Assembly: GCA_044892525.1 (NCBI GenBank)
Contig: CM097887.1
Span: 60,078,001 to 60,142,000 of the forward strand
From: Schmidtea polychroa
Lineage: Eukaryota
Direction: 5' to 3'
Length of the DNA: 64,000 nt
A program made the translations under genes and the position numbers. Shown here in pieces: positions 14,301-25,639 of this stretch. The notes below the pieces were generated by a model that was given only the letters and a program-made list of their open reading frames with translations, had not been told where the DNA came from and did no database searches. The first letter of the stretch is position 1. Every line of letters starts with the position of its first letter.

Positions 14301-17300
14301 TCTTCTTATAGCATGTTTATGCCATGATCTCGACCACAGAGGAACGAACAATCAGTTCCAAGTCAAAACTATGTCCCCTCTAGCTGAGTTATATTCTACT
14401 TCTGTTTTAGAGCATCATCATTTCGATCAATGTATTATGACCTTATCGACGAAGGTTTGTATTCATCTGTGGAACAATGAATCTGATTTTAATTCACACA
14501 TTTCCAGGGAAGTGATATGCTATGCAATGTGAACCATCATGACTATCAAACTATTGTTGTTTTGATTGAAGAAGCAATTCTAGCAACAGACTTGGCCATG
14601 TACTTTCAGAAGCGTAAAGGATTTTTTGATATAGTGGCAGACATTCCAGAAATACATGATTGGTCACGTGATGAGGAAAGGTCACTATTGAGGTCAATGT
14701 GTATGACAGCCTGTGATGTGGCTGCGATAACCAAGCCTTGGGATGCTCAGAGAAAAGTAAATACAATATTCAAGTAGTTCTTTCCAATTAAAAGTTTTAT
14801 TTCATATTTTTAAATATTTTATTCGATGTCATTATAATGGGTCATTTGGTTTTCCTGATCTATATGTTTTATAATGTAACACCTATATTTATTGTATGAA
14901 TTCCTACATGTTTGCTTGATTAACGTTTGATGCCTATGTCCTCGTATTGTCATTTGTTTAACATTTAGCACATTGAGAAGAGTAATTATATACGAATTAT
15001 ATACGAAAACAAATTCTGGGCTTTTGTATATTGAAAATAATATTTGAAAAAAAATTTAATTTTTTTGTATATGCTTTTGTATATGCTTTTTGTTAATGCT
15101 TTAATGAATAAAAATATAATTTTAAAAATTAATTTATGAAAGCTTTCAATCAATACTTCTAACCCATATATGGTATTTTCATAATAAATTCAACTATTTT
15201 CGTAATAGATTAAACTATTTTTAAAATTAATATATTTTTACAATATAATCAGTAAAGGATAAAGTAAAATAAAAAAGGCCAGTGAAATATTTCGAACCAT
15301 GTGTTCAAAATAGTTGTTCAAATCTTCAGAAGTTAAAGTTTCAAGCGCCATATTTTTGAGTATTGTTATACTGGTTATGGGCAAGTCTGCCTTTAACCAA
15401 AAACTTGAAGACTTACTCGACTAGACTGAGCATATACGAATAAGGTGATGAAAAATTTGACGAAAATCTTTCTGAATTCACAAACAGTTTTATGTATTGT
15501 GGCGCTATCTAGAATAACCTATGATCCATGCAAAGATTGATCATTATCAATACACATTTAAAAATTCTCTGATGAAATCAGCAAAAATTATGGAATTGGA
15601 AGTCGAATCACTAATTATCTTAGAATGGATTACTCTTCTGCTATTACAAGCAACTATCATAGAGATATTTCTTTCCCTCATCACTGGAACTGTAGATATA
15701 GCTCTCATTCCCTTTTTTATCTTCCAAATGATCTTCTTATATGAAGATTAAAGTCTGATTCGTCAATAAATATTTGTTTTAATGTTTCTGTTGGCACATT
15801 CAATGTATGATTAGTGGCATAAACTCTTCGCTTTTCTAAAGTTTCGATAGAATTTACTCGATCGTTGAGCGACTTACATGTAATCCGCATTTGGCAAATT
15901 GCACTGTGTACTGTTGATGCAGCAACTCTTATTCCAAATTTCTCAGAGAAATTTATTTGGATATTTTTCAGTGTTATAGTCAGAATTTCAATGTACAACA
16001 AACCTTGATCATTGATTTTGTTGGCAGGCCCTTTTTACCTTGTAGGCTCGTGTTCTTGATTGGTAAAATGTCCGGTTATGCGAATTTCGTGCATTGTGAT
16101 AATGCTTCTAGCCGATCCTTCCATTATTCGTAGCTGAGCAGCAGCAGCCAAAATTGTTAATTCGTCCTCAATTAAATTATCTTTCATTTCTTTAGAGATT
16201 TTTCAATAAGCTTGTTTGAGGCTTGTAGATGTATTTGAAATAATTGAGTCGTTATTATTTATTAGGATTAAATTAAATTTTATCCATTATAAAAATAGTT
16301 GAATTTATAATGAAAATGCTATACCACATTTACAAATTCATAGGCAATATTTATAAGATGTCATATTATATAATATATGTGTCAAGGCAATCAAATATTT
16401 CGTTAAAATTATATCATATTTATCATATAACACATATTCATAACTGAATGTTGGAAATTGTACCCAATGGCAAATTAATCGTTTAGATACTAAAGTATGG
16501 AAAATTAAAACTAAAATATTATCAATGTCAGAAGGAAAACAAATTTTTAAGTGGTAAAAAATTTAAAAAAATTATTGAATTAAAATATTTCGATAAAAGC
16601 ACCACAAAATAATATTAAATTTACAATGATATTATTATGGTTTCAGGAAAATTCAACGAATGGAAAATTCGGGCATCTGGGCATATCTGGACATAATTAG
16701 ATTTAGATTTAGATATACAATATAATTTTAAAACTTATTTCAATATAAAATGTTTTTAATCATTATTATTTTTACAAATTTATTTGTCCAATATGGCCTT
16801 TCAATTCATAAAGAGCGAAAAGGGTAAAAATAAGCTCTTAATAGACGGTCACTTATTTTTTAAAGATAAGGAAAAGACATATAGGACACTTTCTAGAGTA
16901 GTTGCAAATTATGACCGAAATATATTTTGGAGTTTTTAATGGTGTAGCACACAATATTAAATACTAATAAAGATTTTGGTTACGATTCTTTTAATGTGAG
17001 ATTATATTTTTTATTACGTTTATTTAATTTTAAATGTTTTTAAAACTATTTTTATTTAATTTTTATTATTTCTAACTAAAATAATTCATATTAAACACAA
17101 TAAATATTTAAATTTTAAATAACACATTTAAAAAACCGCTGTATTAATCTTTCCATTCATTGGATTTTCCGGAGACCCTTTTATTATGACTTAAAGATTA
17201 AAATTAATATATTCCATGAAATATGAAAAATAATAAACATAATAAAAAATCAACTAATTTTATAAAACTAATTATTTGAAATAAATGGATAAAATGTTAA

Positions 17301-20008
17301 GAAAATTGTACCACCTTCTTCATTCTTCCAGATCATAGATTGTATTGACTTGGAAATAATATTTCTGTATATAAACAAGTCTGGAAGAATGAAAATTAAA
17401 AAAATCGGTAAAAACAAATCAAATATGAAGAAGGTAAAGAATTTCACTGAGTCATTAAGCATTCATTAATAATATAGGGATTTATTGTAAAAAGATTACT
17501 GGTGGATCATTTACACAAAATAAGTATTTATTTTTGTACTTCATTTAAATTGAATCAACGGGGAAAATTTACACTAGCTATAATATCCAATTTTAGTAAG
17601 TATGTATTTTTTAAAAACAGTTAAAAACAGTTAAAAAAAAATAAAAAAACAGAAAAAAACAGTTATTGACAATGTGTTAAGTTTCTGGAAGTAAATAGTT
17701 CAATTCCTATTTAAAATATACTACATTAAAATATCATGTAAAGATAATTTTTTCAAGTTCTTATCATCCCCAAATTTATGATCAAATTGAAAGACAATAT
17801 CGAACACTAAAAAACTGCATTTCCTGATATTTAGAAGAGAAACAATTTAAAATATGGGAAATCACCTCACATAGAATTTGCAATGGATACAATTTAATTA
17901 GGTACAATTTAAACAAATCACGAAAATTAATTTGAAAATTTTTAAGAAATAAAATAAAAACAATTTTTTTAATTTTAAATAATTTTATTGTGTCAATAAA
18001 ATAATTTAATAACATATTATTATAATGAAAACAATTTTTTGAATAAATTCCTTATTATTGATTAGATTATTTCCATTTAATTAAATATCTATCGGATTTT
18101 GTTTAAATTATTTTATCACTTCTATATTTTGTAATTATAAATATTGTTTATTTTAGAAATTTGGTTAAGGGCATCATTTGAGATATTAAAATATCTAAAA
18201 TTGAATATATGATTTATATATTAATATTTAAGACAGACATAACTTTTAAAGAACAAAATATTCAGATTTGTTCCCATATCTAATCAAAATATAATTAAAG
18301 TTTTGAATAATCCTTCAAATTAAAGAAAAATGAAGTGAACCGTCATCTGTTTATAGAGTTTGTACCCGGGAAGGCTTGATTTTAGGCACTGCCTTTTTAG
18401 GTTTGATACAATATATGCGTGCGATATATTAAATGAACAACCATGAACAGTGAAATTAAGTCAGATTTAATAAATTTCAACGTTTAATGATCCTATAATA
18501 GTGGTCAATGATTTTTAATTTTCTAAATTAAAACGTAACCTTACCACCACCTACAAACTAATAAGTTTTCTTAAATTCCTTTATCATAGTTTTGATTGAA
18601 TACAACTATCAGTGGCAATCTTGAAATATTCAAGCATTTATACTTTAATTAAAAGGAATGGAAACTGTGTCACTACCAATAAGCGCAGCGGGTTGAATAT
18701 TCCAAGAGGAAAAATGTAAGAGGAAGTTCAAGTTTAGATTAAAAAAATTGTCATTCTGTCCGATTTAAATAACTTAGTATCATATTTTTATTCATTATTT
18801 ATCTATATGAACTTCTAGATATTTCAATATTCCTTTTTTCGCAACAGTTCCCAAATGTTTGTTTATGTCCTGGTCTTGATTTATTTATAATCTCATCGCA
18901 CAAATTTTATTAATGACCTCATTAATAAAAATTGTGTGATGAAATTGTAAATAAATCAAGACCAGGACATAAACAAGTATATGGGAACTGTTTCCAAAAT
19001 ATCGGAGTCAAATAATTATTTTGTATTACATTGAAATTAAAGGTAATTATATTGGTAATAATTTATTTGTGCAATAAAAATATTGAATGTTTACCCAAAA
19101 AATTTTGACTTTTTAGTGATCTATGTGGATAACATTTCCTAATACAGAATTAATTTTCAGTTAATGTTTAAATGAATTCTGAGCCGATTTGGGATTATAA
19201 TGATGTTGAATATATTTTCTGTAATTATTGTTGGAAAAATTATATGATGATTTGTTGATAATTTAATTCGATGCTCAGTGATAAATAGAAAATCCTTTTG
19301 AGAAAATAACAAAATTTTGTTTATCTCGAAACTGTCATCTAGTTCTTTGATACGATTTTTTTTATTTAGGCATCATACTTTATGACTAAGTCATAATGAC
19401 TCAAATGATATTTTTTATTTATTAAGCAATTATTATTTTATTTTTATATATATATATATATATTAAATATTTTGTTTAATTAAATTGATATTATCTATTG
19501 TTTAGATTGCTGAATTGGTTGCATCAGAGTTTTTTGAACAAGGGGACTTAGAAAAAACTGAATTGAACATAAAACCAATAGTAATTTTTTCATTTAATTA
19601 TTATTATTATTAGTATTGTAAGGAATTTAAAAATTCATTTTAAATTAATTACAATTAAAGTTAACTAAATGAATTAACTTTTTCTATTTTGAATAAATTA
19701 GAAGTATTTGTGGTCAATAATTGCATTAATTTAAAAATTACAAATGCTTCAGTTGTTTGAATATTAGAAAAATAGTTGAGTGGATTTTGAATTTTAATAT
19801 TTTAATAAATTGTTATGAAATAAAATTTAACCACTTAATACATATAAGCGCTCTCAGTTTGTTGAAAACGATTCCTCGCACCATTTGGTGTTGTATTTGA
19901 ACTTTGTGCCTTCTCTTGATGATGACATTTCTTTGTAACTCCCACAAAAATAAAATATAGTTTTCGTAACTAATAAATTTTTGCAAATAATAAGTTGTAA
20001 TTTATATA

Positions 20009-20054
<46 letters not shown>

Positions 20055-20367
20055 ATAAATATTTATTGAAAATAAATTAATTAGGCAATGATGGATAGAG
20101 ACAAAAAGGATGAACTTCCCAAGTTACAAGTCGAATTTATTGATCAAATTTGCTTGCCACTATACAAGGTCTGTTTACTGTGTAAATATTGGTTGTCGGT
20201 TTTATTTTCATATTCTCTAATCAATGTCGGCTAGAAATTTGAATGATATGAAATATTTTTAGGCAATCACAAAAGTTTCCTCATATCTTTCTCCGTTGTT
20301 AGCTGGTTGTTTGGAAAACCGGGAACACTGGGAGACTATGTGGCTCGAGAGATTGAAACAGAAATAG
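872..20367 (+). CDS. Pde11: GAF-domain cyclic nucleotide phosphodiesterase (PDE5/6/11 family, PDE11-like); 5'-partial, 12 exons in window
   Basis: Exons 872-961, 2000-2146, 2197-2267, 2318-2375, 5967-6014, 10676-11025, 14013-14205, 14257-14454, 14508-14756, 19506-19580, 20085-20168 and 20263-20367 join through GT-AG introns into 1668 nt with no internal stop. Contains the end of GAF-A, GAF-B ([45 protein letters not shown]) and the catalytic domain ([49 protein letters not shown]). Subfamily assignment is from motif recall; no tree was run. Confidence 0.93.
2000..2375 (+). CDS. Pde11: PDE three-exon cluster in GAF-B (2000-2146, 2197-2267, 2318-2375)
   Basis: [16 protein letters not shown]...KDN | KIFTRIYEY...SFG | [19 protein letters not shown]; two 50-nt introns, the second with an AAG acceptor. 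Confidence 0.88.
2981..3055. repeat. (AT)n microsatellite
   Basis: 75 nt of perfect dinucleotide repeat. Confidence 0.98.
4562..5150 (+). mobile_element. hAT (Charlie/Buster-like) relic: one TIR plus decayed transposase C-terminus
   Basis: CAGGAGTCGGGAACC terminus after TACTAGAC; fragments [17 protein letters not shown] and [13 protein letters not shown] resemble the hAT dimerisation region. Confidence 0.55.
5747..5828. repeat. (AAT)n microsatellite
   Basis: about 27 perfect units. Confidence 0.98.
5967..6014 (+). CDS. Pde11: PDE exon ([16 protein letters not shown])
   Basis: ctttag acceptor, GAF-B DAYEDxRF motif, gtatgt donor. Confidence 0.9.
7330..7630 (+). mobile_element. LTR-like remnant related to the LTR at 40344-40801
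   Basis: Shared core TGTCCCG(A/C)CACAATTTTTAnnGGTGACnCTnnnGGGT, preceded by TTAATAAAAGT and followed by an AC-rich tail; boundaries approximate. Confidence 0.45.
8322..8389. repeat. (AT)n microsatellite
   Basis: perfect dinucleotide run abutting the integrase relic. Confidence 0.97.
8388..9378 (+). mobile_element. Ty3/gypsy 3' fragment: integrase core, PPT and 3' LTR
   Basis: IDFCGP...IIDHFSK; [10 protein letters not shown]; [16 protein letters not shown]; decayed GPF motif; PPT GAGGGGAA 9130-9137; LTR TGTGAT...ATAACA 9138-9378 with TATAAA inside the palindrome GGTACTAT-AA-ATAGTACC and AATAAA at 9333. Confidence 0.85.
9875..10006 (+). CDS. Candidate alternative first coding exon of the PDE ([44 protein letters not shown])
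   Basis: ATG at 9875, 44 stop-free codons, consensus CAG|GTAAGT donor at 10007, phase 0 matching the acceptor at 10676; no homology support. Confidence 0.35.
10676..11025 (+). CDS. Pde11: PDE exon, GAF-B C-terminus and linker
   Basis: [18 protein letters not shown]...LEVLSYHA; tctag acceptor, gtaat donor, phase-2 end. Confidence 0.93.
11100..11860 (-). pseudogene. Decayed antisense reading frame of unknown origin inside a PDE intron
   Basis: 113-aa ORF (11498-11839) continues through stops and frameshifts to about 11100 with a coding-like K/N/E/S-rich composition; no family recognised. Confidence 0.3.
12589..13258 (+). mobile_element. Tigger/pogo-like non-autonomous element (670 bp) retaining an HTH_psq/CENP-B-type ORF
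   Basis: TIRs CAGGAATAC(T/C)TCG(C/A)A(T/C)AGTACG; TA on both sides; subterminal AGTACGGTTT repeats; ORF 12974-13165 [17 protein letters not shown]...[14 protein letters not shown]. Confidence 0.88.
14013..14756 (+). CDS. Pde11: PDE catalytic-domain exons (14013-14205, 14257-14454, 14508-14756)
   Basis: [42 protein letters not shown]; 51- and 53-nt introns. Confidence 0.95.
15171..16321 (-). mobile_element. Tc1/IS630-like element with decayed DDE transposase
   Basis: About 30-bp TIRs (TAGCATTTTCATTATAAATTCAACTATTTT, 3 mismatches), TA flanks; motifs [20 protein letters not shown] and [11 protein letters not shown] with stops and frameshifts. Confidence 0.82.
16793..16895 (+). mobile_element. 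FLYWCH-type MULE transposase N-terminal relic
   Basis: [26 protein letters not shown] resembles the start of a FLYWCH zinc finger. Confidence 0.45.
17700..17895 (+). mobile_element. Ty3/gypsy integrase relic (same family as 8388)
   Basis: [24 protein letters not shown]...PHIEFAM is collinear with the 8519 ORF. Confidence 0.65.
18843..18992. repeat. 150-bp foldback palindrome
   Basis: 74-bp arms, 7 mismatches, 2-nt loop (CC). Confidence 0.92.
19506..20367 (+). CDS. Pde11: PDE last three exons (19506-19580, 20085-20168, 20263-20367)
   Basis: [17 protein letters not shown] | [28 protein letters not shown] | ...CLENREHW...QK-TAG. Confidence 0.92.
20012..20050. repeat. (AT)n microsatellite
   Basis: perfect run 34 nt upstream of a PDE exon. 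Confidence 0.95.
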
Positions 20368-20580
20368 AAAAATCAAAATCTCTTTATACTAGATTTACAA
20401 CTATTAATTATTAAACTAGATTATATTTATTTGTTTTCTGGTATTCAGGAATTTCACAGTTGCATTGTGAGAGATTGTGTTCATAATTTGTTTTTATTGG
20501 TAACTGTACCGAATCGTCAAAGTATTGGTGAAGTATTGACATCCTGCTTGGAAAAAGTGACAGTTGTTTTATTTTGTGTA

Positions 20581-20586
20581 AATAAA
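20581..20586 (+). promoter_or_regulatory. Possible PDE polyadenylation signal
   Basis: AATAAA about 215 nt after the stop; the hexamer is common in this AT-rich DNA. Confidence 0.25.
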
Positions 20587-22617
20587 TATGCATATAGATC
20601 TTTATAAAATGACTTGTTTATTTTTTTATAAAAAAACAATTGAATACAACAATTGGAATTGTTGTCTATAATTGGAAATGTTTTTGTGATTAATAAATAA
20701 AATATATTGAACCAAGTGATTTTTTTAGTTGTTTTATTTTTATAACAAATTTTTACTTTTTATGAGTTTGAATTTTTTATTCCAAAATAAAGTATTTGGG
20801 GGAGTTATTTACATTTAAAATGAGTTAATTAATTAATTTCTAATTTATTAATACCTTATTTATTCATTTTAGGGAAATTTGATAGATAAATAAAAGTATT
20901 TTTTATTACGATTTAACTGAAACAAAAAGAAAAAAAATATAGTTGTAGTGTCTTCGCATTATATTATATTTAGTTTAATTATTGTATAATTAATTAAATA
21001 TTTTTTCAGTTTTAAAACCTTTTTTTAATAACGAGAAAATAAGATCGAGTCAACTTTCAAAAAATGCAAAGGAAGAAAAGAAGAAAGAGAAAATTTAACT
21101 TTTTAATTTAAAAAGCAACAACTACTTGCCTTCCGAGCTACCAGCAACAGCAGAATTTATGCCATATGAAGATTTGGAATTAAATAACAATTTCGGCAGC
21201 AACAACCAAAAAACAGAATCAGCGAACAGCATATAACACAATTCATACCAACTGATAGATGTAATCACTATAAAGATCCTATGACCAAAGCCGTTGGAAT
21301 TAATAACATTTTGTTCTATATTAAATTTTACATTCATTTATTTCCCTGATCATTTGCTTTTTGTGAGGGTAGATATCTTTACCACAATAGTATATAAATT
21401 TATTAACATTTTTTGGGTAGTTTCTGAGATTTTAGTAAACTGTTTAAAAGTTATTAATTGATAATAAATCAGTTTAATTTTGATTATTGATGACAAGAAA
21501 AATTGCTCAAAGGATATTCGAAGAAGCATACCAGCAAGAAAGAAAAAATAGTAAACTTAAAATTAATATTAAAAATAAAGGAGTATGGTGTATGTAAGCT
21601 TGAATTGAAGGTGTTCCATATGAAGTAAAATTATTTTTTTTTGAAATTTCTTGTTTCTCAATGTGACATTAATCAAAATATTAAGATTGTTTGAAATTAT
21701 TTTTCATCAAAAGGAATCTATCAAATCCATTTTCTACTGCTATTATTTCAATTGCAATATAGCGATATCACTTAAATGAATTTTGTATATATATTTTCGA
21801 AGTTAAAAAAAATATAATCCATGAGTATTTTTATCTTGTTATGAAATTATCTTTTATGGCCAAGTATTCATTCTTTTTAAGTGTTTATTGTTATTTTATT
21901 GATTATATAGAAGTTGTATAATAAACAAAAATTATAATAATTGTTTTCGAAATTTGAAAATAGCATAAACCTTAGACCGGATAACGGCAAACTAAGAATA
22001 TACTGGTCACAACATATTGTTTCTGTTCTTTTATACAGTTTGCAAAAAATATTGACACAACATATAAATGGTAGGAGTCCAAGTACAGTTTTGCTACAAC
22101 TAGTTTCCATATATATTTTAATAATTTAATTTTTTAAATGTGGTTTTTTACAAGGTAATTTCTACTAATCTTGAATGAAAAACTATTTTGATTACTTCAA
22201 TTTTCAAGCGTATTTTTAATGCATTTTACAAATGTGAATTTTAAATTTACCAATTTTAACAACTTTATTTACAAAATATATTCGCAAAAAAATGACACAT
22301 AATAAACATGAGAACTTCATATCTTAAAACAGCTGTAAAAGCAAATTTAGTAAATTTTTCAAAGTTAAAATATTATTATAAGTTTTCCTATTTTCATTTT
22401 TTTCTTTTTATATGTCAGTGACGTACGCATTATTAACGAATAAGAATAAAGAATAAAGGAATTTAAAAGAATTCACTGTATGTGAGTTTTCGATGTACTA
22501 AGTACGTTTTTTCCCTGATTTTTTCAACTTATTTTAATGTTTCATCTTTTGGTGTGACGAACTAAAAATTGTGAATATTTCTTGAAATATTTAAATAAAC
22601 TATTTATACTATTATAG

Positions 22618-22960
22618 ACGACAAATTTGAAATTTTATATTTTGAATTGCTATACAGTTATTATAATTGTTTCTTCGCCGTGGCCTAGAAATGAAGTGAT
22701 ATGTATTTATATATATTGCGTTTGAATATTTTATCTTGTTTTTAACGTTGCAGTACAGAAGATATTTAACCGCAGTATTTGGAACTCATGAAATATTTAA
22801 CTTTTTGAATAATTTACTCAATGGTGTAAAGCTTTAGATTGATGTTCAATGTGATCTGATATGGAGTATTGATCAACCTTTGGAGTATGGTCACAAAGTT
22901 ATTGGAATCGATCCAGGATGAGATCGAGTTCCTTACATGGTAACGATGAGAGTTAAATAA
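22618..22960 (+). pseudogene. Decayed, apparently spliced coding relic with a KVIGIDPG motif
   Basis: GT-AG spacers 22571-22617 (47 nt) and 22703-22753 (51 nt); frame 22754-22960 reads ...QPLEYGHKVIGIDPG*DRVPYM with two internal stops. Confidence 0.3.
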
Positions 22961-23124
22961 TTATGAAACTAGTTTACATTAGAAATCACATTTAACTTTA
23001 AAACCTTAATTTGTATAATTGTATTATAAGATTCTTTTCAACATTATTGTCTCTTGCAACGCTCCATTTATAATAAGTTTATACGACAATATATTAATAA
23101 TTATAATCATTATTGTTTTATCCA

Positions 23125-23185
23125 ATGATTCAAGTTTCTGAAATAGCATCTAATTTAGTATTGAAAGCTGTATACTGTCATAAAG
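23125..23185 (+). CDS. Candidate first coding exon of abLIM (MIQVSEIASNLVLKAVYCHK-G)
   Basis: ATG + 20 codons + 1 nt, AAG|GTAATT donor; phase 1 matches exon 31259; could be chance. Confidence 0.25.
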
Positions 23186-24409
23186 GTAATTTTAGTACAT
23201 GACCTTCATATACCAAATAAGTTTTATGAAACCATTAGTTTTATTAGATAATTATAGTATAAAGGGAAACGAAATTTTCCTACAATTAGCTCTTTTAGTT
23301 GAATGCGTGTATACAGGATTTATAGTGTTATGGGTTAAATTAAATTAAATGTAAATATAATATTATTAAATAAATATCAATTAATTGATTGGGAGTGTAA
23401 GGTGAAATAATAAAAAAAATAATAATAACTTTTTTTTAAATTTCACCACTGATTTCTTTTCCACTGACATTGTATTTATTAAAAAGCTTGACTATGAATC
23501 AGTAAATATATCGATGTTTTTGCTATATTTACTGATTCATANNNNNNNNNNNNNNNNNNNNNNNNNNNNNNNNNNNNNNNNNNNNNNNNNNNNNNNNNNN
23601 NNNNNNNNNNNNNNNNNNNNNNNNNNNNNNNNNNNNNNNNNNNNNNNNNNNNNNNNNNNNNNNNNNNNNNNNNNNNNNNNNNNNNNNNNNNNNNNNNNNN
23701 NNNNNNNNNNNAATAAATTACAAAATCAGGTCACTGTGACCTCAGTGTTTGATGACTGGTACTGAAATGTTTGTGTATGCAACATAATGAAATAAATTCT
23801 CATGTGTTTTATTTATATCTATGAATAATAACTATATAACTAATAATACTCTGTTTTTGCAAGATTATATAATTGGAAGCCTTATAAATAGTGTTTCAAT
23901 TGAATTTTCGAGCTTATATTTTATGAGATAAATATTTAAATATAACGCCGTCTTTTAATATATGGAAAAAAACTATCAAATAAACAAGGAAAATGTTGAG
24001 AAACTAAAAAAAATGATAAAATGATATTAAAAATATAAATACATATCAATAAAAAAACTTAAAGTTCAGATCAAATTAATAGGTATATCTAGATTATATG
24101 TGAAAATAATCCATCATTTGTAATTGTTTCCGAGGTCGGAGACATTTGTGAATATTAACTATTTATTTTAGTTAAAGTCAAATTGAAAGCAGCGTTGAGC
24201 GACACAAAACAATAGAAAAAGAATAAAGAAACTTGAGAATTATAGATTAAATTTAATAATATTTTTGAAAAAATTAAATGTATTAATAAATCGTATTTAA
24301 ATTGAGCCTGCATACGGCCTCTGCACCCGTAGGATACATACAACAATTAATTAAAAACACTTTAAAAAGCGATTCGCGTATTAACAATGAAAATAGTGTT
24401 GGGCTAGAG

Positions 24410-24845
24410 CAGGGGTTTCCAACCTTTTTTGGCTCATCGCCCCTTTCTGGAGGTTTACTGTTACCCATCGCCCCCTTTCATTATCATTGTATGCAATTAT
24501 TTTAATTTGAAGTAAAGTGTAAATAACAAAGCAGTTCTATTATTTTAAAAAAATTTATTACCGTATAAAAAACAGCCAAACCGGTTTTATCCGAAAATTC
24601 TTAAATAAAATAGAAAAAAGTTAATATATACATTTTTTTACAGATTTTTGAAAAACAAAAAAGTAAAATAATTAATTTTAATTAAAATCATTACATAGAT
24701 TTATAAAACAGGGATACCAAGATGTTTTCATTTTTAAATTGAAATCTGGAAAAATTAATACCCACAGCTCCCATTTATTTATCGCCTCCCAAATAACCAA
24801 ATTTATGCCACTTGGGGGCCATTGCCCCCAGGTTGATAACCACTG
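24410..24845. mobile_element. hAT (MER5/Charlie-like) MITE, 436 bp
   Basis: TIRs CAG(G/T)GGTT(TC/AT)CAACCT; 8-bp TSD GGCTAGAG/GTCTAGAG (7 of 8; NTCTAGAN-type target). Confidence 0.88.
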
Positions 24846-25224
24846 GTCTAGAGCCAAAATGGAGAGATTTTTTAAATGTGTCAGAAATACATAGCATGAA
24901 AACCCCACCAAGTTGAATTAAAATCTATGATTATACATCAAATAATACTAAGTAAAGTACATAACACCTCGAGAATAAATAAAACACGTATATTAAAATT
25001 AATAAACACAAGAAGTTGCAATCACCAACACAGTTAAGAGAGAAACAACGCATTTGAAAATCTACCAACTCGAAAATAAAAGAAAATAAAATAATTAATC
25101 ATTGTTGGTCTTGTTGGTTATTTTATTTGTTGGAAATCGGATTTGGTTGTTTGCATTGATCAATTGTTGATATATTTTGTATTTACTTGTATTAGCTATC
25201 ATAGTCGTTTCATAAAAGCACCAA

Positions 25225-25510
25225 ATATAAATGTCAGCCANNNNNNNNNNNNNNNNNNNNNNNNNNNNNNNNNNNNNNNNNNNNNNNNNNNNNNNNNNNN
25301 NNNNNNNNNNNNNNNNNNNNNNNNNNNNNNNNNNNNNNNNNNNNNNNNNNNNNNNNNNNNNNNNNNNNNNTAACAAATAATAAATATTAACCATCACAAG
25401 GCATTTTACAAATAATATATAATAAATGTTGGCCATCACAAGGCATTTAAAATTAAACATAGATGGTTGTCATCATAGGCATTATATAGGATAAAAATAG
25501 TCAGCCAGGT
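25225..25510. repeat. Degenerate short tandem repeat spanning an assembly gap
   Basis: Units containing CCATCACAAGGCATTT (two copies) plus variants TCATCATAGGCATT and GTCAGCCA on both sides of the gap. Confidence 0.55.
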
Positions 25511-25639
25511 TTTTTCAGAATTTTAATGAAATTTTATGAAATTTATTTTAAAATTATTTGGAATAAGTCACATATAACTATAACTATAAATAAATAAAGT
25601 TATCGCCAAACAAAATTCTCATTTCTTCCAAAAATGCAT

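Noticed and set aside
25225-25510. Repeat-spacer look resembling a CRISPR array
   Set aside because: Eukaryotic context, degenerate units, irregular AT-rich spacers, mostly hidden by a gap, no cas genes.
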